Positions 16,697 through 24,000 of a stretch of DNA of 24,000 bases are shown here, one piece after another. The translations under genes and the position numbers were made by a program. Each line of letters opens with the position of its first letter. Positions within the stretch are counted from its first letter, which is position 1. Source of the stretch: an uncultured Bacteroides sp. (lineage in GTDB: Bacteria > Bacteroidota > Bacteroidia > Bacteroidales > Bacteroidaceae). The notes under the pieces are model-generated. The model saw only the letters and a program-made list of their open reading frames with translations. It was not told where the DNA came from and did not search any database. The DNA lies in assembly GCA_944321495.1 (NCBI GenBank), contig CALULP010000045.1, positions 1-24,000 of the forward strand, written 5' to 3'.

Positions 16697-18181
16697 ATGA
16701 AAAAGAATTTTGTAATATATGCATGTGCTGCCTTGGCACTGTGCGGACAGACAGCTTGTTCCGACTTCTTGGAAGAAGACACCCGAGGCAAAGTATTCAG
16801 TAATGTATTGGCCGAGCAGAGCGGGCTGGAATCGGCGCTGACGGGCGCCTACACCGGCTGGAGTTCGACGTGGGCTTACGGCTTCACCAACGGTTGGGCC
16901 ACCGAGACGACCCTCGGCGGCGACGACCTGACCTGCCCTCCCGGCACGGGCAATACCCAGGAGTTTGACCGTTTCGACGTGAAGGATACGAACTCAAGTA
17001 TTCCTTCCGTTTTCCAGGGCTGCTACAAGGCCATCCAGGGTGCCAACAACGTACTTGAGAATTACCAGTCGTGCAGCGGCGACCCTGCCGTGATTGAGCA
17101 GATTGCCGCCGAGGCCTTGTTTATCCGTGCCGCAAGCTATTTCTGGTTGGTAAGGATGCACGGCGAAGTGCCCTTGGTGTTGAGTTCGGAGTACAACGAA
17201 GCCAATGTCACCATGGAGAAAGCTACGGTAAGAGCTATATACGACCGGATTGAGCGAGACCTGACCGATGCCATCAAAGTCCTTCCCGATGCACGCCGGA
17301 ACGGTGAGGACGGGCGTCCCAACAAAGGCACGGCTTTGGCTTTGTTGGCCGAGGTGTACTTGGCCGAGGCCGGTTGGCCCTTGAAGGAAACCGATAAATA
17401 TTCGCTGGCCGCTTCTACCGCCAAGCAGGTGCTGGACAACCGCGCCTTGTATGGCTTCGATTTTGAAGATTCGTATGACGTGTTGTACGGTAATGACGAA
17501 TCCGACCCCAATATCATCAACAAGGAGGACATCTGGGTTATCCCTTGCAACCGTTCTACCGGCCACGGCAACGCCATGTATGCTTATTGGGCTTATCCCG
17601 GCGAAATTGGCGGTTGGGATGTAGTGTTTGCCGAACTGACGTTCTACAATGAGTTCCCCGAAGGTCCCCGCAAGGATGCCACGTTTGCTCTTGAGTTTAC
17701 TTCGCAGGACGGTACGCATTTCACCTGGCAGCAACTGGCCAATCCGCGTCCGTATTACCGGAAGCTGATGCAGGACCCGGCGTCTTCGAACTTCTTTAAT
17801 TCGGAATCGAACATCCCCATGCGCATGTTGCGCTTTAGCCAGACCGCGTTGACTTATGCCGAGGCCAAGGCACGTTCGGGCGAAGGCGTGGACGCGTTGG
17901 CTTACGAATGTCTGAACACCATCCGCACACGTGCGGGGCTGCCCACTTACAGCGGCCTGTCGGCTGAAGACTTTGCCAACAAGTGTGTAGACGAGCGCGC
18001 CTGGGAATTGTGCGGCGAACGTGTCCGCTGGTTCGACCTCGTGCGCCTGGAGATTCTGGCCGATGTTGTGGCCAAGAGAGACCCCGCAGACAATCCGCCG
18101 ATTAATGCCATTACGGAAGATGTTTACCTCTTCCCGATTCCCGAGCATGACGGTTTGTTGAACCCGAGTCTGAATAATTGA
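16697..18181 (+). CDS. SusD/RagB-family outer membrane lipoprotein (ORF track start 16649; ATG 16697 gives a lipoprotein signal)
   Basis: 'MKKNFVIYACAALALCGQTACSDFLEEDTRG...LTYAEAKARSGE...LNTIRTRAGLP...ERAWELCGERVRWFDLVRL'. Directly downstream of SusC. Confidence 0.9.
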   Translation: MKKNFVIYACAALALCGQTACSDFLEEDTRGKVFSNVLAEQSGLESALTGAYTGWSSTWAYGFTNGWATETTLGGDDLTCPPGTGNTQEFDRFDVKDTNSSIPSVFQGCYKAIQGANNVLENYQSCSGDPAVIEQIAAEALFIRAASYFWLVRMHGEVPLVLSSEYNEANVTMEKATVRAIYDRIERDLTDAIKVLPDARRNGEDGRPNKGTALALLAEVYLAEAGWPLKETDKYSLAASTAKQVLDNRALYGFDFEDSYDVLYGNDESDPNIINKEDIWVIPCNRSTGHGNAMYAYWAYPGEIGGWDVVFAELTFYNEFPEGPRKDATFALEFTSQDGTHFTWQQLANPRPYYRKLMQDPASSNFFNSESNIPMRMLRFSQTALTYAEAKARSGEGVDALAYECLNTIRTRAGLPTYSGLSAEDFANKCVDERAWELCGERVRWFDLVRLEILADVVAKRDPADNPPINAITEDVYLFPIPEHDGLLNPSLNN

Positions 18182-18355
18182 TTTGTTTTCGGGATATCCT
18201 GTACTTCATGCATGGAGCCTGCACGGCCCTGTGCATGGGGTGCAGGAAATCTTGTATCCACGAAAGGACAGATTCCTGAACAAATTCATATTTTTTATCC
18301 AAATAGTTTTTCTTTATTTCAAGCAATTCACTACTTTTGTAATAAATCTTAGGCT

Positions 18356-18363
18356 TAACTTTG
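18356..18363 (+). promoter_or_regulatory. Possible -7 element TAACTTTG upstream of the TPR protein gene
   Basis: Matches TAnnTTTG. Nearest TTTG (18336-18339) lies only 16 nt upstream, so the pairing is weak. Confidence 0.3.
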
Positions 18364-18428
18364 ATTTGGCTTGCAAGAAAGAACTATTGGGGTAGTAAAG
18401 TAGCAGTTCTTTAATTTATTAATATGCC

Positions 18429-21400
18429 ATGAATAAGTCGATTTTAATGTGTTTGTCTTTGGTTTGCGCCTTGCCCTTGTGCGCGCAAACGAAAAGCGAA
18501 GTGAAACTGGAGGAAAAAGAGTACTCCGTTCCTTCTTACCGGCAGGACGCCCCCAATGTGATGCCGCGTTTTTATGAGGGGAGAAGCCACCAAGGCGTGC
18601 AGCGCCGTATTTATCCTTACCCGTTTGACGACGGATTGACGCAGGACCGGCGTGAAGTAGCTCATCCCATGATTCACATGGAGAACGAGTACATCGACCT
18701 TGCCATCAGCACCGAGCTGGGCGGGCGCGTGTACTATGCGGACGACAAGACGAATGACTACAACTACCTTTACCATAACCATGTTGTGAAACCCTCGCTG
18801 ATAGGCATGCTGGGCAACTGGATTTCCGGCAGCCTGGCATGGGGATTCCCGCACCACCATGGTCCCAACACGGTGGAAAACATGGGTTATCAGATTGAAG
18901 AACGGGAAGACGGCAGCAAGACGGTATGGATTCGCAGCTGGGACAGGCTGCACCGCATGGAGGCCGTGGTAGGCTATACCGTGTTCCCGGGTTCTTCCAT
19001 CCTGGAAATGACCATCCATCCGCGCAACCGGACGGCGATTTCCAACTCTTTCCTGTTCTGGTCCAATCCGGCCGTGCATTGCGACTCGGCTTACCAGGTC
19101 ATCTTCCCGCCTTCGGTGAAGTATGTCACTTACCACGGCAAGAACCAGATGACCTCGTGGCCCATTGCAGACAGTTGGTTCAACGGTTATGATTTTACCG
19201 GCATGGACGTCAGCTGGTGGATGAATACCCGCGTGCCCTCCTCCTTCTTCTCGTGGGACCCGAAAGAAGATTACTTCTGCGGGTATGACCACAACAAGGA
19301 AGCCGGCACGGCGTGGATAGGCAACCACTACATCTGCCCGGGCATGAAGTACTGGGCGGACGGCAACAACGCCAACGGCCTGAAGACGAACGAAGGGCTG
19401 ACGGACAACGACGGGCGTTACATCGAGCTGATGGCGGGCTTCTACACGGACAACCAGCCCGACTACAGCTGGCTGCAGCCCTATGAGACAAAAATCGGCA
19501 AGATGGTATGGTTCCCCATCCGTGAACTGGGCGGACTGAAGTATGCCAACCGCAACGGTGCCCTGAACTACTTCATCGAAGGGAATAAACTGGACTACCG
19601 CTTGAACTCTACCTCCCTGTATGAGGGCGCGGAAGCCGTGGTGCTTGCCGGCGGCAAGGAAATCCTGCGCAAGAAGATGGACATCAGTCCCGCCGCTCCG
19701 CAGAAAGTGGAATGCGCCCTTCCGGCAGGTACGGGCGAGAACGACCTGACGTTCCGGCTGCTGGATGCAGGCGGCAAAGTGCTGCTGGAGTATATTCCCA
19801 TCGACCATGTGGTGGAGGATGCCGAACGTCCCGAACCCTTGAAGCCGTTCGCCAAGCCGGAGGAAATGAAGTCCGTGGAGGAACTGTACTTGGCAGGACT
19901 CCGCTTGGAGCAGTTCTACAATGCAAATGTAGACCCGATGCCCTATTACGAGGAAGCCTTGAAACGTGACCCGGAGAATTACGATGTCAACACCCAGTTG
20001 GGCATCCGCAGCATCAAGCGTTACGATTGGGACAGCGCGGAGAAATACCTGCGCACGGCGGTGAAACGGATTACTTCCAACTACACACGTCCCAAAGACG
20101 GGGAGGCCCTGTATTACCTGGGCATCGTGCTGCGTGAGAAAGGCATGTACGAAGAAGCCTACGATTGCTTCTACCGGGCATCCTGGTCGTATGCCTGGCA
20201 TACGGCATCCTACTTCCAGCTGGCTTCCATGGACTGCATGAAGCAGGATTACGTGACGGCGCTGGAGCATGTGGGATTATCTCTCTCCACCAATACCGAC
20301 AACATGCGTGCCGTGGGGCTGAAAACTTATGCGCTGCGCCAGCTCGGCAAGAAGGACGAGGCCAAGGATGTGCTGGTACAAGCTTTAGATACCTGTAAGA
20401 TTGACCTGATGGCGCAGAACGAACTGTACCTCCTGTCGCAGGACGCTTCTGTACTTTCCCAACTGAAGAAATGGATGCTGGACGACGTGCAGCAATACCT
20501 GGAACTGTCCTTTGAATATGCCCAAATGGCTGCTTACGGCGAGGCAACGGCTGTGTTGGAGCGTCTGGCAAACGAGGGCAACACTTATCCCATGCTGTAT
20601 TACACGTTGGGTTATTATGCGGAGAAGCAAGGAAACAAGGATGCTGCCTTGGCTTACTACAAGCAGGCGGCAGGCATGCCTTCCGACTACTGCTATCCGT
20701 TCCGTTGGGAAGATATCACTGTGCTGGAGGCAGCCATGACGATGAATCCGGAAGATGCGAAGGCTCCCTATTACCTGGGCAACCTGTATTTCGAATACCA
20801 GCCCCAGAAGGCAGTTGCCTTGTGGGAGAAATCGTTGGAGCTTGATGACACGTTCTACATCACGTGGCGCAACCTGGCGCTGGCTTATGACAAGGGCGGC
20901 GACAAGGTGAAAGCCCTGGAATACATGAATAAGGCATTTGACTGCAACAATAAGGACGCCCGCCTGCTGTTCGAGCTGGACGAGCTGAACGACGCGAACA
21001 GGCTCAGCCCGGAAGAGAAATACCGGATGCTGAAGAAGAACGAGCGCGTGGTGAAGCAGCGTCCCGAGACGGTGTTGCGCCTGGCCACCCGTGCCATGGA
21101 GGCAGGCCACTATGAGGATGCCATCGACATCATGGACAACAACTTCATCATTGAGTCGGAAGGCGCGCGCGAGCAGCAGGACAACTACCTGAACAGCTAC
21201 CTGGTGCTGGCCATGCAGCAGGCGAAGAAAGGTAGATACGAGGCAGCCAACCGTAACCTGGACAAAGCCCTTGCTTACCCGATAGGCCTTTACGGACGTT
21301 CAGTCTACGCGAAGATTTATTATACGGCAGGCATGGTGGCCCAACGCCAGGGTGACGAGGCCAAGGCGAAGGATATGTTCAACCAGGCTGTGGAGGTCAA

Positions 21401-21707
21401 TGCCGACAGGGACACGGAGGCCGTTTACTACCGGGCAATGGCTTTGAAGGAGTTGGGTAAGGACGCAGAAGCCAAGGCGTTGCTGGAGGGCATACTGGCT
21501 AACCTCGGTAAGGAGTCGGATACCTTCTTCAGTCAGTTTGGCGGTAGCAGTGATCTTGACACGAAGAAGTCAGAGAACCTGTATTTCGAAGGCTTGGCCA
21601 ACGAAGGCCTGGGCAACAAGGATGTTGCCAAGCAGAAGTATCGGGAAGCTTTGAAACTGAATCCTGCCAACGTATGGAGCAAAGTTCATTTGGAGTTTAT
21701 TGAATAA
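18429..21707 (+). CDS. DUF5107 / tetratricopeptide-repeat protein, exported
   Basis: 1092 aa. Signal peptide; N-terminal domain 'MENEYIDLAISTELGGRVYYADDKTNDYNYLYHNHVVKPSLIGMLGNW...'; C-terminal half rich in TPR units (e.g. 'AKAPYYLGNLYFEYQPQKAVALWEKSLELD'). Confidence 0.8.
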   Translation: MNKSILMCLSLVCALPLCAQTKSEVKLEEKEYSVPSYRQDAPNVMPRFYEGRSHQGVQRRIYPYPFDDGLTQDRREVAHPMIHMENEYIDLAISTELGGRVYYADDKTNDYNYLYHNHVVKPSLIGMLGNWISGSLAWGFPHHHGPNTVENMGYQIEEREDGSKTVWIRSWDRLHRMEAVVGYTVFPGSSILEMTIHPRNRTAISNSFLFWSNPAVHCDSAYQVIFPPSVKYVTYHGKNQMTSWPIADSWFNGYDFTGMDVSWWMNTRVPSSFFSWDPKEDYFCGYDHNKEAGTAWIGNHYICPGMKYWADGNNANGLKTNEGLTDNDGRYIELMAGFYTDNQPDYSWLQPYETKIGKMVWFPIRELGGLKYANRNGALNYFIEGNKLDYRLNSTSLYEGAEAVVLAGGKEILRKKMDISPAAPQKVECALPAGTGENDLTFRLLDAGGKVLLEYIPIDHVVEDAERPEPLKPFAKPEEMKSVEELYLAGLRLEQFYNANVDPMPYYEEALKRDPENYDVNTQLGIRSIKRYDWDSAEKYLRTAVKRITSNYTRPKDGEALYYLGIVLREKGMYEEAYDCFYRASWSYAWHTASYFQLASMDCMKQDYVTALEHVGLSLSTNTDNMRAVGLKTYALRQLGKKDEAKDVLVQALDTCKIDLMAQNELYLLSQDASVLSQLKKWMLDDVQQYLELSFEYAQMAAYGEATAVLERLANEGNTYPMLYYTLGYYAEKQGNKDAALAYYKQAAGMPSDYCYPFRWEDITVLEAAMTMNPEDAKAPYYLGNLYFEYQPQKAVALWEKSLELDDTFYITWRNLALAYDKGGDKVKALEYMNKAFDCNNKDARLLFELDELNDANRLSPEEKYRMLKKNERVVKQRPETVLRLATRAMEAGHYEDAIDIMDNNFIIESEGAREQQDNYLNSYLVLAMQQAKKGRYEAANRNLDKALAYPIGLYGRSVYAKIYYTAGMVAQRQGDEAKAKDMFNQAVEVNADRDTEAVYYRAMALKELGKDAEAKALLEGILANLGKESDTFFSQFGGSSDLDTKKSENLYFEGLANEGLGNKDVAKQKYREALKLNPANVWSKVHLEFIE

Positions 21708-21716
21708 GGACTTTTT

Positions 21717-21752
21717 CCCGGAGAGGGAGGACGTTGGTTGTCCTTCTCCGGG
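21717..21752 (+). terminator. Intergenic hairpin, possible terminator (no strong T-tract)
   Basis: CCCGGAGAGGGAGGAC (21717-21732) vs GTCCTTCTCCGGG (21740-21752), with a small internal asymmetry. Confidence 0.5.
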
Positions 21753-21798
21753 ATTCTTATTCCTATTCTATATTGTCGTAAATTAAATCTATTTGAGT

Positions 21799-23745
21799 AT
21801 GAAAAAACTTTTTAGCAGTGTCCTGATTGCAGTAGGCTGTCTATGCAGCTGTTCGCAGGCTCCGAAGGATTTCCAAATTCAGTTTGACAACACGAAAGAG
21901 GTTTCCGGGCAGAAGTTTGCGTTGAAGGACGTCAGTCCGGGGCTTCCGGCAGACTGGGATGGGTATAACTATGTGGTGGTTGAGTTTAAAATCAGTACGG
22001 CTCAGCGTTTCCATATAGGATTTACTACCGCTACCGGTTACAATGAGCTTCGTATCATGTCATACGTTCCGAATGCATGGAACAAGCTGGCAATTCCTTT
22101 GAAGTATTTTACGGAACTTCCCGACCCGGCTGTCGATTTGGCGGCCACGAACAACCATGCCCGTTATACCGGGTGGATTAATCTGGGCGGCAAGCGTGGA
22201 CCGATGCATCAAGTGGATTCTATCGGGATAAGGATGCGGAAACCTATCGGGAATCCTACGTTTGAATTGCGCTCGGTATCGTTGTCCGTGGACGACCCCG
22301 GGGATGTCTATATGGGCGAACAGCCTGCTGTGGATGAATTCGGGCAGTCGAACTTAGTGGAATGGCCGGGAAAAATCCATTCGTTGGAAGAATTGCAGCA
22401 GGCTTGGAAGGCTGAAGACGCTGAACCTGCTTCGACGGAGGCTTACAATTATTCCAAGTTCGGCGGTTATAAGCAGCAGCGTGTAAAGGCTACAGGCTTC
22501 TTCCGGACGGAGAAAATAGATGGCCGCTGGTGGTTTGTCGACCCGGAAGGTTACCTGTTCCTTTCGGTAGGAGTGGATTGCGTGGAACTGGGTAACGGGT
22601 TGCAGGTACGTGCCTACGACAAACGTCCTTCCATGTATAAGGAACTTCCGCCTGCCGAAGTGATGGAAAAAATGGGTAGTGTGGACCGCCAGGGTAATGT
22701 GAACTATTCATACGGTTTGTGGAACTTGTACCGCCGTTATGGGGATGACTTCAAGGCAAAAGCAAGTGAAATGGTGTTCAAACGCATGGACAAATGGGGA
22801 TTGAATACCATAGCCAACTGGTCGAGCCGTGACCTGATGCTGATGAATAAGAAGGCTTTCCTGGTACCGCTTTCCGGAGTGGGCATTTCACACGACCTGA
22901 TGGGGCTTTGCGACATCTATGATCCGTCTTTTGAACAGATGATAGATGAAAATTTGGCAAAGTTTGTGGCTCCTTTCAAGGGAAATCCTTGGCTGATAGG
23001 CTATTTTATAGGTAACGAACCTGCATGGCTGGATCAGGAAGCCCGTCTTTGCGGCATTATCCTGGAAGGTGAGGACCGTCCCATCAAGAAGGCTTTGCAA
23101 AAATATTTGGAGAAGAACGGCGATACGGAGGAAAGCCGTAAGTCGTTTGTCATAGAAACTTTCAGGGATTTCTTGGTGGCTACGAACAAGGCGCTGAAGA
23201 AGCACGACCCCGACCATTTGAACATGGGTATCCGTTTCGGAAACATCATGGAGCTGGATGAACGGATTCTGAAAGCTTGTGGTGAGGCATTCGACGTATT
23301 CAGCTTTAACTGTTATGATTTGCGTCCCAGCCCCGAGATGATGGATCGGGCCAGCCAGTTTACGGGGCTGCCTATGATTATCGGCGAATATCACTTCGGG
23401 ACGGTAGACCGTGGCATGGCCCAGTCGTTGTGGCAGGTGGAGTCGCAGGCACAGCGGGGTGTGGCTTACCGGTACTATACGGAGAATGCTTACGCGCATC
23501 CCGGATTGATAGGTACGGGCTACTTCCAGTGGTGCGACCAAGACCTGACAGGACGTCGTGACGGTGAGAACTACAATTGCGGACTGATTGACGTGACCGA
23601 CAGGCCTTACAAGGAACAGGTGGAGGCCATGATGGAAACGGCCAAGCGTTTGTATGAGGTGCATAAGGGTACGCTTTCCCCGTATGACAAGCAGCCGGTG
23701 AATCCCCGCGGGCACGGGCAGATTCCCGATTTATGGAACGAATAA
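21799..23745 (+). CDS. Secreted lipoprotein glycoside hydrolase (agarase-like TIM barrel with N-terminal carbohydrate-binding-like domain)
   Basis: Lipobox 'VGCLCSCSQ'; 'FKGNPWLIGYFIGNEPAW' (candidate acid/base Glu) and 'GLPMIIGEYHFG' (candidate nucleophile Glu). Track start 21793 is a TTG; ATG at 21799 is more likely. Confidence 0.7.
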   Translation: MKKLFSSVLIAVGCLCSCSQAPKDFQIQFDNTKEVSGQKFALKDVSPGLPADWDGYNYVVVEFKISTAQRFHIGFTTATGYNELRIMSYVPNAWNKLAIPLKYFTELPDPAVDLAATNNHARYTGWINLGGKRGPMHQVDSIGIRMRKPIGNPTFELRSVSLSVDDPGDVYMGEQPAVDEFGQSNLVEWPGKIHSLEELQQAWKAEDAEPASTEAYNYSKFGGYKQQRVKATGFFRTEKIDGRWWFVDPEGYLFLSVGVDCVELGNGLQVRAYDKRPSMYKELPPAEVMEKMGSVDRQGNVNYSYGLWNLYRRYGDDFKAKASEMVFKRMDKWGLNTIANWSSRDLMLMNKKAFLVPLSGVGISHDLMGLCDIYDPSFEQMIDENLAKFVAPFKGNPWLIGYFIGNEPAWLDQEARLCGIILEGEDRPIKKALQKYLEKNGDTEESRKSFVIETFRDFLVATNKALKKHDPDHLNMGIRFGNIMELDERILKACGEAFDVFSFNCYDLRPSPEMMDRASQFTGLPMIIGEYHFGTVDRGMAQSLWQVESQAQRGVAYRYYTENAYAHPGLIGTGYFQWCDQDLTGRRDGENYNCGLIDVTDRPYKEQVEAMMETAKRLYEVHKGTLSPYDKQPVNPRGHGQIPDLWNE

Positions 23746-23769
23746 TAACATAAACTAAAGTATTACACA

Positions 23770-24000
23770 ATGAAATTCAAAGGATTATTTATCACCCTCG
23801 GCCTGTCTGCCATGCTGGCCGGATGCGGTGGCACTGCGATGAACGAAGGAGTGACCGTCAGACAAGAAGGCGGTGCATGGCATGTATATATTGACGGACG
23901 TCCTATGTACATCAATGGCGTGGGCGGAACTAACCGCTTGGATGTGGCTTCGGCGAACGGCGCCAATGCGTTCCGTACTTGGGGCGGAAGTGTGGAGTCC
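23770..24000 (+). CDS. 5' end of a lipoprotein, possibly a glycoside hydrolase (truncated by window edge)
   Basis: 'MKFKGLFITLGLSAMLAGCGGTAMNEGVTVRQEGGAWHVYIDGRPMYINGVGGTNRLDVASANGANAFRTWGG', signal/lipobox and a GH2/GH5-like N-terminal phrase. Confidence 0.6.
   Translation, partial: MKFKGLFITLGLSAMLAGCGGTAMNEGVTVRQEGGAWHVYIDGRPMYINGVGGTNRLDVASANGANAFRTWGGSVES

Noticed and set aside
16994-18148. Minus-strand ORF 16994-18148 (384 aa)
   Set aside because: Antisense to susD. The susD reading has clear family motifs.
18444-20270. Minus-strand ORF 18444-20270 (608 aa)
   Set aside because: Antisense shadow of the DUF5107/TPR gene, with no recognisable domain.
1-24000. CRISPR arrays, tRNA or rRNA genes
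   Set aside because: No regularly spaced direct repeats and no tRNA/rRNA-like sequence recognised by eye.

Overview
Bacteroidales-type chromosomal window with two parts. (1) An AT-rich accessory block (~1-9.4 kb) resembling a defence island. It holds the C-terminal fragment of a putative mobilization/relaxase protein, an XRE-type regulator, two overlapping beta-class DNA methyltransferases, an MjaI-family-like restriction endonuclease, an IS982-family-like transposase, and a complete four-gene operon matching the Qat anti-phage system (KAP ATPase / QatB / QueC-like / TatD-like). (2) A GC-richer part (~9.7-24 kb) with a lipoprotein, a RecQ-like helicase, a GNAT acetyltransferase, and a polysaccharide-utilization-like locus: a frame-disrupted SusC, SusD, a DUF5107/TPR-type protein, a glycoside hydrolase and a truncated further gene. 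The most unusual signal is non-coding. The M-R intergenic region (~2731-2925) folds on paper into a long nested stem structure with a possible pseudoknot. A 13-bp terminator hairpin follows it, ending 42 nt before the REase start, and one internal stem strand can pair alternatively with the base of the terminator. That is the architecture of an attenuator/riboswitch-like leader or a structured ncRNA. All family assignments come from motif recognition in the translated sequence; no database searches were run.
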